Source of the DNA: an uncultured Syntrophomonadaceae bacterium
GTDB lineage: Bacteria; Bacillota; Dethiobacteria; DTU022
Assembly (NCBI GenBank): GCA_964390725.1
Contig: CAYMIW010000002.1
Coordinates: 6,875 to 70,874 of the forward strand
Reading direction: 5' to 3'
Length of the DNA stretch: 64,000 nt
Shown here: one piece after another, positions 49,334-59,961 of the stretch
How positions within the stretch are numbered: position 1 is the stretch's first letter
Layout: each line of letters starts with the position of its first letter
Program-made: the position numbers and the translations under genes
The notes under the pieces: generated by a model
The model's input: the letters and a program-made list of their open reading frames with translations, nothing else
What the model was told of the DNA's origin: nothing
Database searches by the model: none

Positions 49334-49774
49334 TTTTATATCTCCTTTCTGGCAACCTGGATATTAAGCTAACTGGCACTTCTATCTGTGGCATGGCCAC
49401 ACACCAAATAATATCACAATCTTTCAAAATGATCAAAAATAATTATTAAGTAGTTTTAAACCTGTGCCATTTAAAGCAACTTTAAATTTTTTCTATGATC
49501 AGGGTAAAGGTATAAAACTGCGCCGAAGTTGTGTGCAAGTATTAATAAAAACCCTTTCATAGCAGTATTTATCCAGTTGACAATAACCCCGTCCCCTTGT
49601 CACCCAACTTCCATGTATCGACTAAAGCTAAATTTAATGTTATATTTTATTAAATATTGTAAAGATAAAGACAAGATGCCGGGGTGTAAGACGTGACCGT
49701 AGCTGAAAATGCATGTTAAGAATATAATGTAAATAAATAATGATTACTATGCCGCGATTTTGGGGGAGTGTAAT

Positions 49775-52651
49775 TTGAGAAAGCTCACAGTGTTCTTATT
49801 CATTCTTAGCTTAACCCTGATTATTGCAACTCCCTGTGCTGCGGAAGATCGTGAAATCAATTTAACTGACAATGAAATAGAATTTATCAATAATCATCCG
49901 GTTATAAAACTTGCCATAGATCCTTTATTTGTTCCTTTTGAATTTATCGATACAGATGGCGAATATAAAGGTATAGCCGCTGATTATCTGTCCCTGGTCA
50001 GCGAGAAAACCGGACTCCGGTTTGAAATAGCAAAAGGATTGAGCTGGCCTGAAGCATATGATTTGGCCCTGTCGGGAGATTTGGATGTTTTACCGGCAAT
50101 ATCGAAAACCGAGGAGCGAGAGCGTTTATTTATCTTTTCAGAACCCTATTACTACTTCAAAAGAGTAATTGTTACCAGGGATACTGAAACCGTTATAACC
50201 GGGATGGAAGATTTAGAAGGATTAACAGTAGCTGTGCAGAGGAATAGCTCTCATCACAGCTACCTGTTGTCTTACCCCGGGATCAATCTAAGCTTATACG
50301 ATTCTGTCGAAGCTGCGCTTACTGCGGTTGCCAATGGCTCGGAAAGATCTTATGTTGGCAACCTGGCAACAGCTAATTACCTGATTCGGTCAACAGGGTT
50401 GACCAACCTGAAGTTTATAGCTTTTGAAGCGGAAAAACAACAGGCCCTGTATTTTGCTGTTCGTCGGGACTGGCCTGAACTGGTTAGTATTCTCAATAAG
50501 GCATTAGCTACTATAACTGTGGAAGATCAAATTGTAATTAACAACAAATGGATTGATTTTGAAACAGATCCCGATTATGGTCTAATTATCCGGATTTTTT
50601 CTATCACAGGCACCCTTGTGGCAGTCGTTCTGGGTGTTTCATTTTACTGGATTGCGCGCTTAAGGAAAGAAGTGAAGATGCGTGAACTGGTTCAGATAGA
50701 CCTGGAAAAAGCAAAACAGGAAGCCGATGAAGCGAATGAGTTTAAATCCAGCTTCATGGCCAGGATGTCACACGAAATCCGGACTCCGCTTAATGCAATT
50801 ACTGGGATGGCTTACCTGCTTAAGAAAACAGACCTTTCACTAACTCAGAGTATGTATACCGATCGAATTACCCAGGCTTCAAACAACATGTTGAGTATCA
50901 TTAATGATATCCTTGATTACTCGAAAATAGAAGCAGGGAAAGTAGAATTAGAGATCACTTCTTTCAGTATGGATCAGGTTATCCAGGATGTTGTGAACAT
51001 TGTTTCTTATAAAATTGAAGAACAGGGTATTGGGTTTAGATTATCTAAAGACCCACAGGTTCCCAACTGGTTTAAAGGTGATCCAAAGCGCATTGAACAA
51101 ATCCTTCTTAATATACTGAACAATGCTGCGAAATTTACAAGCGAGGGCGAAGTTACATTTGATATCAGCCTTGTGGCCAGGGAAAGTGAAATATACCACC
51201 TGTCATTCACTGTTCAGGATACCGGGATCGGCATGACAGAAGAGCAGGTTAATCAACTATTCATACCCTTTATCCAGGGGGATAGCAGTATTAACCGGCG
51301 TTTTGGCGGTTCCGGATTGGGGTTGTCGATAGTTAAAAACCTTGTCGATATGATGGGAGGGCAAATAAAGGTTTTCAGCACTCCAGGGGAGGGTTCTACC
51401 TTTATTTTTCAGTTGTCATTAACTGTGGATAAAGAAAAAGAAGATGTTTATGTTAAGGCGCTGTCATCCAACCACTTCAGGGATATAAGGACATTGGTGC
51501 TGGAAAAAACCGGCTCTAATATGAACCTGATTGAAAACTATCTCAGTGCATTTGGTATGCAATGCGAGCTTACAACCTCAGAGGTCAGTGCATTGAGTAT
51601 GCTTGAAGCTGCCGACGGCAAATTTGCCAAATCTTTCGATCTGTTTATAGTGGATTATGATACCCCTGTGGAAAAGGGCTTTAAGTTTATCGAGTCTATA
51701 CGCGACAACAACAGAATAGTTAAAATGCCGAAGATAATCCTGCTTCTTCCGATGCTGAGGGAAGATTTATTCGATAAACTCAACGAATATGAAATTGATA
51801 TGGGTATAGGCAAACCTATTATTCCTTCTGTTCTCTTAAACGGTATTTTAGATATATTTAACTTAAAAGCGGTTTCATCTACCCAGCTATCTTCTAAAAC
51901 GGAGACCGATTTATCCAAGCGCGGCAGGCAATTAACCATTTTAGTAGCGGAAGATAATAAAACTAACCAACTAATTGCCAAATCGGTTCTTCATCAGGCC
52001 GGAATTGAAGCGATTATAGCCGGAGATGGCCAGGCGGCAGTCGAGTTGTATCAGCAGAATAATAACAAAATAGACTTAATCTTGATGGATCTTCACATGC
52101 CGGTAATGAACGGTTATGAGGCTGCGCAGGAAATAAGAAAGATGTCAGATAGTGTCCCTATCGTAGCGATGACAGCTGATGTAATAATGGGGGTAAAGGA
52201 AAAATGTGAACAAAGTGGAATATACCACTATATCAGTAAACCTTTTGACCCTGATCGTTTAATCCAGAAGGTAAAAGATGTTATTAATGAGCAAGATAAC
52301 AGTATGGCTCAATCAATGCCTATGCTGGATCAGTCGGCTGGGTTAAGTAATGTTGGTGATGATTCTGAATTATACCGCCAGGTATTGAATGAATATCTAA
52401 ATGAGAATCGGGATACCACGCATAAACTTGCCTTAGCAATAAAAGAAAAAAGATATTCTGATGCTGTACAAATAGTTCACAAGGTCAAGGGCAGCTCAGG
52501 CAGCATCGGAGCCAAGGTAATTTATGAAGCAGCCGTTTTATTACAAAAGGCATTAAAAAAAGAGAAGATGGAGGATATAGTGCCACTGGAAGCAAAATTT
52601 TCTCTTCTATTTGAAAGATTACTTAAAGAAGTTGAAAACTTACAGGCTTAA
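49775..52651 (+). CDS. hybrid sensor histidine kinase: periplasmic family-3 solute-binding domain, TM, HisKA, HATPase_c, pseudo-receiver, REC, Hpt
   Basis: TTG start after RBS gggggag. Signal peptide. H-box SHEIRTPLNAI, G-boxes, receiver DLHMPVMNGYEAA, C-terminal Hpt HKVKGSSGSIGA. Confidence 0.85.
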   Translation: MRKLTVFLFILSLTLIIATPCAAEDREINLTDNEIEFINNHPVIKLAIDPLFVPFEFIDTDGEYKGIAADYLSLVSEKTGLRFEIAKGLSWPEAYDLALSGDLDVLPAISKTEERERLFIFSEPYYYFKRVIVTRDTETVITGMEDLEGLTVAVQRNSSHHSYLLSYPGINLSLYDSVEAALTAVANGSERSYVGNLATANYLIRSTGLTNLKFIAFEAEKQQALYFAVRRDWPELVSILNKALATITVEDQIVINNKWIDFETDPDYGLIIRIFSITGTLVAVVLGVSFYWIARLRKEVKMRELVQIDLEKAKQEADEANEFKSSFMARMSHEIRTPLNAITGMAYLLKKTDLSLTQSMYTDRITQASNNMLSIINDILDYSKIEAGKVELEITSFSMDQVIQDVVNIVSYKIEEQGIGFRLSKDPQVPNWFKGDPKRIEQILLNILNNAAKFTSEGEVTFDISLVARESEIYHLSFTVQDTGIGMTEEQVNQLFIPFIQGDSSINRRFGGSGLGLSIVKNLVDMMGGQIKVFSTPGEGSTFIFQLSLTVDKEKEDVYVKALSSNHFRDIRTLVLEKTGSNMNLIENYLSAFGMQCELTTSEVSALSMLEAADGKFAKSFDLFIVDYDTPVEKGFKFIESIRDNNRIVKMPKIILLLPMLREDLFDKLNEYEIDMGIGKPIIPSVLLNGILDIFNLKAVSSTQLSSKTETDLSKRGRQLTILVAEDNKTNQLIAKSVLHQAGIEAIIAGDGQAAVELYQQNNNKIDLILMDLHMPVMNGYEAAQEIRKMSDSVPIVAMTADVIMGVKEKCEQSGIYHYISKPFDPDRLIQKVKDVINEQDNSMAQSMPMLDQSAGLSNVGDDSELYRQVLNEYLNENRDTTHKLALAIKEKRYSDAVQIVHKVKGSSGSIGAKVIYEAAVLLQKALKKEKMEDIVPLEAKFSLLFERLLKEVENLQA

Positions 52652-52678
52652 TGAGTTGTTATAATTGACAAGGGTTAT

Positions 52679-54790
52679 TTGCAGGGAGGGGTAAAGTTGG
52701 TCGAAAAAATATTGGTTGTTGACGATTCTGCTTCAGACAGATTGATCATCCAGAAAATGCTGGAAGATTATAATACTCTTACAGCGAGTGATGGTAACGA
52801 GGCTTTGAATCAAATTAATGAGCATAATGACATTGTTCTGATCATCCTTGATTTACATATGCCCAATATGGATGGATTCCAGGTTCTGGCCAAGCTTAAT
52901 TCTGATAATCGCTATAAGAGTTTACGCACAATAATATTAACAAACTATGATGAGTTGGATAATGAAATCAAAGGGTTAAAACTTGGTGCGGTTGATTTTA
53001 TCCGAAAGCCTGTGCATATGGAAGCACTGAAAGTTAGAGTGGATGTTCAGGTGAAACTCCTTCGAATTCAACAACTACTTGAGCAAAAACTTCATGATCA
53101 GGGCCTAACTTTTGATATAATTTTCAACCAGGCACCACTGGGTATCTCTATCTGCCTTGGAAAAGAGCCTTTACCGATTGAAAACATGCATAAGCTTAGC
53201 GTTAATCCAAAGTTTGAAGAAATAACAGGTAGAACAGAAGCAGAATTGATCAAGCTGGGTTGGGAAAAAATAACTCATCCCGATGATCTGGAGGAGGATC
53301 TGGAAAATTACTGGAAACTTCAGGCAGGAGAAATAAAAAGCTATGCAATGGATAAAAGGTATATCAAGCCTGATGGTTCAATTGTTTGGGTGTATATGGT
53401 TGTTGCTTCCCTGGATTTATATTTGGATAATCAATTTAACCATATCTGCCTGGTTCAGGATATAACCAAGCGAAAAAATGTTGAGGAAAATCTTATTTAC
53501 AATCTCGAGCATGATCAATGGACCGGTTTATATAATAAAAACTATTTGGAAAATCTATTAAAGAACGACATTATGATGCAGGATAAAGTAAAAAGCGCAC
53601 TTGTAGGAATTAATTTCAGTCAACTTCATTCACTAAACCTGGTTTATGGATATCAATATACCAGGGATTTAATAAGGACCATTGTTGATTCTTTAAAGAA
53701 ATTTTGTAGCGATGAACGAATGTTATTTAACATGTATGAACTTCAGTATGCTTTTTACATTAAAGCTTACCGGGAGAAAAAAGATTTAGAAGTATTTTGT
53801 GAAGCCTTGGTCGAAGCCTTGGATTCTTTACTCACTATTGAAAGAATCGACGCCGGCATTGGGATAGTTGAAATAGAAGATAACGCTGAGCTGAATGCTG
53901 ATCAGCTTTTCAAAAAGATGTTGATCGCTTCTGAAAAAGTAATTGATGGATCAGGAAACACAGCGTATTGTTTTTTTGATGATAACATGGAAGCAGAAAT
54001 TGTCCGCAAAGATGAGATTAAGCGAGTCCTCACCCGGCTTGCAGCTGGTGATGTTAGCGAGAGCTTGTTTCTGCAGTATCAGCCGATTCTAGAACTAAAG
54101 ACAAATAAAGTGAAAGGATTTGAAGCGCTGGCCAGAATAAAGAGCAACCAGTTTGGTCTTATATCACCCCATGAGTTTATCCCGATTGCAGAAGAAACTA
54201 AGTTGATCATTCCATTGGGGGATAAAATAATTTTACAGGCTTTTTATTTTATGAAGAAACTCAGCGATAATGGTTACAGTTCATTGTGCTTTTCAATAAA
54301 TATTTCCGCGATTCAACTTTTAAGGAAGGGATTTTGTCAGTATATTTTTGATCTAATCCGGGAGATGAATATAGATCCTGAGAATATTTGCCTTGAAATA
54401 ACAGAATCATTACTGGCGGATGATTATGATGAAATCAATAAAATTCTCGGTGAGCTGAAGAGTTTAGGTATAAAAATAGCGCTCGATGATTTTGGAACTG
54501 GTTATTCTTCACTCGCCCGTGAACATGAACTTAATATAGATATTCTTAAAATAGATAAAATCTTTATGGATAAGCTTCTGACATTGAAGCCGGATGAAGC
54601 AATAACCGGCGATATTATTTCTATGGCTCATAAACTGGGACACCGGGTTATAGCAGAAGGTGTAGAGGAAGAAAAACAAAGGCGTTATTTAGAGGATAGC
54701 AGTTGTGATATGATCCAGGGTTTTCTGATTAGCAAACCCCTTGACGAGGAGTTGGCGATAGAGATAATCAGAAATTCAAGCTTTGCATAG
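52679..54790 (+). CDS. response regulator with REC–PAS–degenerate GGDEF–EAL domains (c-di-GMP phosphodiesterase)
   Basis: Receiver LVVDDSASD...DLHMPNMDG. GGDEF fold lacking the GG(D/E)EF motif. EAL motifs FEALARI and DDFGTGYSSL present. Confidence 0.85.
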   Translation: MQGGVKLVEKILVVDDSASDRLIIQKMLEDYNTLTASDGNEALNQINEHNDIVLIILDLHMPNMDGFQVLAKLNSDNRYKSLRTIILTNYDELDNEIKGLKLGAVDFIRKPVHMEALKVRVDVQVKLLRIQQLLEQKLHDQGLTFDIIFNQAPLGISICLGKEPLPIENMHKLSVNPKFEEITGRTEAELIKLGWEKITHPDDLEEDLENYWKLQAGEIKSYAMDKRYIKPDGSIVWVYMVVASLDLYLDNQFNHICLVQDITKRKNVEENLIYNLEHDQWTGLYNKNYLENLLKNDIMMQDKVKSALVGINFSQLHSLNLVYGYQYTRDLIRTIVDSLKKFCSDERMLFNMYELQYAFYIKAYREKKDLEVFCEALVEALDSLLTIERIDAGIGIVEIEDNAELNADQLFKKMLIASEKVIDGSGNTAYCFFDDNMEAEIVRKDEIKRVLTRLAAGDVSESLFLQYQPILELKTNKVKGFEALARIKSNQFGLISPHEFIPIAEETKLIIPLGDKIILQAFYFMKKLSDNGYSSLCFSINISAIQLLRKGFCQYIFDLIREMNIDPENICLEITESLLADDYDEINKILGELKSLGIKIALDDFGTGYSSLAREHELNIDILKIDKIFMDKLLTLKPDEAITGDIISMAHKLGHRVIAEGVEEEKQRRYLEDSSCDMIQGFLISKPLDEELAIEIIRNSSFA

Positions 54791-55008
54791 AAACACTGTT
54801 CAATAATTGTTGCTACCATGCCAAAAGCAAAACATTCGATTTCTTTTTTTGCTTGTTACTGCAATGATTCAGTTGAGAGAAAGAGAGACAGAATATGAGG
54901 GGTCAGCTTAACTTTACTTCCCGAAATGAGTAACTCTTATCTTCAGATACCGCCGTTTTTACATCCATGAGACTATTTCATGCCCAATCAGCTCTGCTAA
55001 AAATACAA

Positions 55009-55045
55009 GGGATAAAGCCGGATAGGATATATCCGTCTTTATCCC
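55009..55045 (-). terminator. putative terminator hairpin downstream of the minus-strand beta-oxidation operon
   Basis: GGGATAAAG-N19-CTTTATCCC preceded on + by AAAAATA (a U-run on the minus-strand transcript). Confidence 0.4.
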
Positions 55046-55068
55046 TATAGATAGCGTAAACCTGCCTG

Positions 55069-56262
55069 TCAGCTGACCTTTACAATTATAGCGGCAGCTG
55101 TATCTCCGGCAGCACAACCGGCGGCCATCGCATAACCGCCACCCTTAATTACTGCTTCTTCGATAGCCTCAACCAGCAACCGCCCTGCTGTAGGAGCCTG
55201 GGGATGGCCGAAGACCATTGAACTACCATAATTATTGAAGTTATTTGCATCGATACCCAGCCCCTTTGCCAGACAGAGGTCATTGGCAATAAAGGGGTTA
55301 TGATTCTTAATAGCTACAACATCTTCAGCTTTTATTCCAGCCCGTTCCAGGGCCATCTTGGCAGCCGGAACCGGTGCTGCAGGCATAAAAGCTTTTTTAG
55401 TCCTGGCAAATCCGTATGATATGAGCTGGATTGTCACGGAAGGATCACTGCTCAGCTCTGCCGCTTTTTCTTTACCGGTAACCAGGATGCCAACGTTACC
55501 GTCAGCAGGATGAGTCTGGGCTCCAAAAGTGTGAATGCCTCCTTCCATTACAGGCCTCAACTTTTTAAGAGCTTCCAATGATGTTTTCGATATACCTTCA
55601 TCTGTCTCAATAAGTTTTGTTTCCTTGCGTGACACTTTTACCTCAACGGGAAACATATAACGCTTCTGGAATTCACGATCGTTGGCCAGGGCATCATTAT
55701 ATTGCTCATAGCGACGCAGGGTAAGTTCATCTGCTTGTTCACGGGTAAACTCTTCTTCTTTAGCTACGTTTTCCGCTGTGTTAATCATGCCCAGACCGGT
55801 CGCAGGGTCGCATCTCATGTTATCCATATTCCAGTTTTCTGCAATCACTTCTCCTCCCGGTCCCATCGGGTTAGGCCAAATTGTATGCGGACCATTGGAA
55901 GTACGGTCTACCATTAAGCAATAAGCAGTGCCAACACTTCCCATTTCAACAGCCATTCCTGCATTGCACAGAATGGTTGTTGAGGTTGAACAGGCCTGCA
56001 TCATGGTTACCCCGGGAATATCAGGCGCTCCCATCTGCACAGCAGCCCAGGTCGAGCCAAAAAATACCCTGTGTTGCCCAATTGTTATACCAAGGTAAAG
56101 GTAGTCCAGAACCTTTGCCGGATCAATTCCCCGGTCGGCAAACCAGCGTTTACTGGTCGCCGCACCAAGATCGATTGCATTTTCGTTTTGTAAACTTCCC
56201 TGCCATTTACTGAAGGGTGTACTATAATATCCCTTGTAGGGAATATAAGCTTTACTAAACAT
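55069..56262 (-). CDS. thiolase-family acyl-CoA acetyltransferase-like protein
   Basis: Active-site region MMQACSTSTT. C-terminal GSSMVFGHPQAPTAGRLLVEAIEE...GGGYAMAAGCAAGDTA resembles thiolase C-terminal motifs. Confidence 0.65.
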   Translation of the reverse strand: MFSKAYIPYKGYYSTPFSKWQGSLQNENAIDLGAATSKRWFADRGIDPAKVLDYLYLGITIGQHRVFFGSTWAAVQMGAPDIPGVTMMQACSTSTTILCNAGMAVEMGSVGTAYCLMVDRTSNGPHTIWPNPMGPGGEVIAENWNMDNMRCDPATGLGMINTAENVAKEEEFTREQADELTLRRYEQYNDALANDREFQKRYMFPVEVKVSRKETKLIETDEGISKTSLEALKKLRPVMEGGIHTFGAQTHPADGNVGILVTGKEKAAELSSDPSVTIQLISYGFARTKKAFMPAAPVPAAKMALERAGIKAEDVVAIKNHNPFIANDLCLAKGLGIDANNFNNYGSSMVFGHPQAPTAGRLLVEAIEEAVIKGGGYAMAAGCAAGDTAAAIIVKVS

Positions 56263-56277
56263 AATGATGCTCCTTTC

Positions 56278-58317
56278 TTATTTACCCTTAAATTCAACCG
56301 GAGTGCCCGGAGGGGCAGACAAGCCGGCTAATGCATCTTCTGTAGCAAAAATCTCATGTAACTTCTGCAGTTCCAGCTCTACTGCTTCCTTAATTGAAAC
56401 CTTTGACTGTGCATCAATCAGCTCATTGGCCATTTTTAAAGCCACCGGCGCTTTCCTGGAAATATATTTTACCATTTTAGATGCAAAGTCGGAATTTACA
56501 CCTTCAGGTGCCTGTCCGGTTAGTAAGCGTTTGACATTTACATCTGTAAAAGCACCCTTAATATCTTCAAGCTCTTTAGGAAGCTCCCGCGGAGCATATT
56601 TGTCGAACTTACCTTCTGTAACCAACTCTTTAATCGCTGTTTCTGTTTGAGCCGGCTCTACCAGTTTTTTTACAATTCCCATCTGGAAAGCTTCTTTAGC
56701 ATTAATGCCTTTACCCGTGAAAACAAAGTATTTTGCCAGTTCCCGGCCAAGATGTCTTTCGATCCTGATCATCCCGCCCAACCCTGGGAAGATCCCAATA
56801 TTGGTTTCGGGGAAACCGAAAGTACCGTTCGGGGTTGCAACAATAGCCTGGCAGGCTAAAGCCAGTTCACTTCCACCACCCAGGGAAAGGCCATCCAGCA
56901 GGGCTATTGTCAGTTTTTCTGAGTTTTCTATTCTCAACAAAAATTCCTGGCCTTTACGGGTAAAGTCGTACGTTTTGTCGACAGTATTGTTTTTTATATT
57001 ATCAACGAAGAACTTGATATCGGCCCCGGCGATAAATGCTTTTCCTGCGCCGCTGAAAACTATTCCTTTTAAAGATTGATCTTTTTCTGCCTGGTCAAAT
57101 TTAGCCACCAACTGATCAACTACCTGAGGGTTCAGGGCATTCATTGCCTCGGGACGATTAATAATTATATAAGCAATATCATCCTTAACTTCCAGGTCGA
57201 CAAATTTAAATTCAAAGGGTTTGCCCAGTTGTTTCTGCTTTTCCAGTAGAGCAGGCACTTTGAAATCGGGATGTCTTTCGCCCATATTTTTAACCAGCTG
57301 ACAAGCCTTTTCGACTCCAACCCGGTTAATCATTTCGAACGGGCCATAGCGCCAGCGTAAACCAATCTTGGCTCCTCGATCTGTATCTTCAATGCTGGTT
57401 ACACCTTCTTCAACCATGGTAGCTGCAACACCCATTACTGCTGCACACATCCGATCAGCAACAATATCAATTTTTGAAGGATCTACTTCGCCGCTTAAAT
57501 CCCAATCATCTCCGGAATCAACCTGCTTTTTCAAAATTTCCGGCGCTGCATAAAATGGCCCTATCTCTTTGCTTAACGTATTGGCTGAGTGTAAAGCAAT
57601 TGGCACACCGGTAACATTGATAAGCTCAAAGGTTCCCATTCCGATCCCGAAAGCTTTTTTCGAAGCAGCTTCGATTGTCGGAATATTTGCCACTCCTTCT
57701 TCATATATACGAATTGCTTCAACATACCAGGGAATAAAGAAACGGTTGACCGCAAAACCGGGAGAATCTTTAACCAGTATCGTGGTTTTGCCGTGTAGTT
57801 TACTGATCAGCATTGCTTTCTCAATTGTTTCTTTGCTGGTGCCTTCATGTGGTATTATCTCGAGCAAACGATTTTTGGCCGGGTGGTAAAAGTAGTGCAT
57901 TCCGACGACCCTGTCCGGGCGTTTTGTATACTTAGCCAGGTTTTTTACATAAAAACTGGATGTGTTTGTGGCCAAAATTGTTTTTTCAGAACAAAGTTTG
58001 TCAAGCTTTGCAAAAAGGTCGCCCTTAACTTTTTCATCCTCAAACACTGCTTCAAGAACCAAGTCGGCATCAGCCAGTTGCTCAAAATCTGTCGTACCTG
58101 TAATTCTGCCGAGAACTTCTTCAACCTGGTCGGGTGTAAAGATTTTTCGTTTTACACCTTCATCCAATGTTTTTTTGATTCCAGACAAGCCGCGCTGCAC
58201 AAACTCCTCTTTTATGTCAAGAAGAACAACTGATAATCCTTCCTGAGCCATTTTTTGGGCTATGCCGCTGCCCATATTACCAGCACCGACAATTCCCACT
58301 TTAAAAGGTCTGTCCAT
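56278..58317 (-). CDS. bifunctional 3-hydroxyacyl-CoA dehydrogenase / enoyl-CoA hydratase (HADH N-terminal, crotonase C-terminal)
   Basis: N-terminal Rossmann VGIVGAGNMGSGIAQ. C-terminal crotonase region FSGAGKAFIAGADIKFF. Confidence 0.85.
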   Translation of the reverse strand: MDRPFKVGIVGAGNMGSGIAQKMAQEGLSVVLLDIKEEFVQRGLSGIKKTLDEGVKRKIFTPDQVEEVLGRITGTTDFEQLADADLVLEAVFEDEKVKGDLFAKLDKLCSEKTILATNTSSFYVKNLAKYTKRPDRVVGMHYFYHPAKNRLLEIIPHEGTSKETIEKAMLISKLHGKTTILVKDSPGFAVNRFFIPWYVEAIRIYEEGVANIPTIEAASKKAFGIGMGTFELINVTGVPIALHSANTLSKEIGPFYAAPEILKKQVDSGDDWDLSGEVDPSKIDIVADRMCAAVMGVAATMVEEGVTSIEDTDRGAKIGLRWRYGPFEMINRVGVEKACQLVKNMGERHPDFKVPALLEKQKQLGKPFEFKFVDLEVKDDIAYIIINRPEAMNALNPQVVDQLVAKFDQAEKDQSLKGIVFSGAGKAFIAGADIKFFVDNIKNNTVDKTYDFTRKGQEFLLRIENSEKLTIALLDGLSLGGGSELALACQAIVATPNGTFGFPETNIGIFPGLGGMIRIERHLGRELAKYFVFTGKGINAKEAFQMGIVKKLVEPAQTETAIKELVTEGKFDKYAPRELPKELEDIKGAFTDVNVKRLLTGQAPEGVNSDFASKMVKYISRKAPVALKMANELIDAQSKVSIKEAVELELQKLHEIFATEDALAGLSAPPGTPVEFKGK

Positions 58318-58368
58318 AAAAAAATCCTCCTTGTAAAAAAAGATATTATTGTGTAAATACGGAAATTG

Positions 58369-59934
58369 CTAAATAACTGTCTCCCGCAATTTCCCCCATT
58401 CCTGATTAAATATAGCCTGAGGCATTTTTTTCAAGTTGTCCGCAATGAGTGGCTTAAAGTTCATCTGTGCCAAAATGTCTTTTTCCAGATCAATACCAGG
58501 AGCAATTTCAATTAAAGTTAATCCTTCCGGTTCAAGTGAAAATACTGCCCGTTCGGTGACATAAAATACTGGTTGTTTTATTTTCCTGGCGTATTTACCG
58601 CTAAAGGTAATTTGATCAACCTGGTCAACAAATTTTTTAGCCCGGCCTTCGCTTACTATCTTAAGCATTCCGTCCTTAACTGCTACCTCAAGCCCACCTG
58701 CAGTAAAAGTTCCGCAAAAAACTACTTTGCGCGAGTTCTGGCTAATATTTATAAAGCCTCCACTCCCAACAACTCTACCGGTGAATTTAGTAACATTTAT
58801 ATTACCGTCTTTATCGATCTGAGCCATACCCAGATAAGCCAGATCAATACCCCCACCATCATAGAAATCAAATTGGGCATGGTGCTCGATTATAGCATCG
58901 GCATTGTAAGTGTGACCGAAGTCAGGCGGGCTGGCCGGTACACCCCCAATAGTCCCTGATTCTGTTGTTAAATACATTAAATCGGAAACTCCTTCTTCCG
59001 CAGCCACAGCGGCAACATCAGAAGAAACTCCTATGCCAAGGTTAACAATAACATTGGGAGTTAACTCCATTGAAGCACGACGTGCAACAATTTTACGTTC
59101 ATTCAGTGGCAGAGGCGGTATGGATGACAGGGGGATCCGAACATCACCTGAGAAGGATGGATTAAAGTATACTGCTTCAGTCTGAAAATGATTTTCATGG
59201 TTTTCACATTTAACTACATAATCAACCAAAATACCGGGTACTTTTACCCGCTTGGGATGAATTGATTTTGGTAACGCTATTTGCTCAGCCTGGGCGATCA
59301 CTATTCCACCGCAATTTTTAGTTGCCTGAGCAAGCGGAAGGGCTTCAAGAAAAATCCCTTCGTTATCCATGGTCAGGTTGCCGTTTTCATCGGCTACAGT
59401 GCCCCTTATGATCGCCACATCAACCTTGTAAGTTTTATAGAAGAGATATTCTTCTCCCTCTATCTCAATCACTTTTACCAACTCATCCTTACTACAATCA
59501 TTCATCCTTCCGCCCTCTATCCTCGGATCGATGAATGTGCCAAGTCCAACCTTGGTTATTAAGCCAGGTCGGTTAGCGGCTATTTCCCGCCATTGCTGAA
59601 CAACCACTCCTTGAGGCAGGTTATATGCCTCAATTTTATTATCTTCAACTAATTTGCGTAATTTGGGTGCTTGTCCCATATGCCCGGCAATCCATTTTTT
59701 TACCAAACCCTTGTAACCAAAGCGGGTTATTCCTCTTTCACGACTATCACCTGCACCAGAACTGGATACAATTGTCAAATTCTTCGGAGATCCTGTATTC
59801 AGGAACCTCTGTTCGATTGCCTGGGCGACCTCTTCCGGCCAGCCGGCTAATCCCATAATGCTGATACCGATTGTCGATTGATCTTTAATTAAAGCTGCTA
59901 CTTCGTCTGCTGTCCTAACTTTAGACACAACCAA
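58369..59934 (-). CDS. acyl-CoA:acetate/3-ketoacid CoA-transferase family protein (fused alpha/beta, YdiF/Pct-like)
   Basis: About 520-aa single-chain CoA-transferase architecture. Glycine-rich GGGIDLAYLGMAQIDKDGNINV region typical of family I CoA transferases. Confidence 0.65.
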   Translation of the reverse strand: MVVSKVRTADEVAALIKDQSTIGISIMGLAGWPEEVAQAIEQRFLNTGSPKNLTIVSSSGAGDSRERGITRFGYKGLVKKWIAGHMGQAPKLRKLVEDNKIEAYNLPQGVVVQQWREIAANRPGLITKVGLGTFIDPRIEGGRMNDCSKDELVKVIEIEGEEYLFYKTYKVDVAIIRGTVADENGNLTMDNEGIFLEALPLAQATKNCGGIVIAQAEQIALPKSIHPKRVKVPGILVDYVVKCENHENHFQTEAVYFNPSFSGDVRIPLSSIPPLPLNERKIVARRASMELTPNVIVNLGIGVSSDVAAVAAEEGVSDLMYLTTESGTIGGVPASPPDFGHTYNADAIIEHHAQFDFYDGGGIDLAYLGMAQIDKDGNINVTKFTGRVVGSGGFINISQNSRKVVFCGTFTAGGLEVAVKDGMLKIVSEGRAKKFVDQVDQITFSGKYARKIKQPVFYVTERAVFSLEPEGLTLIEIAPGIDLEKDILAQMNFKPLIADNLKKMPQAIFNQEWGKLRETVI

Positions 59935-59961
59935 ACCTCCTATATTTTTACCCAGCTTGCC

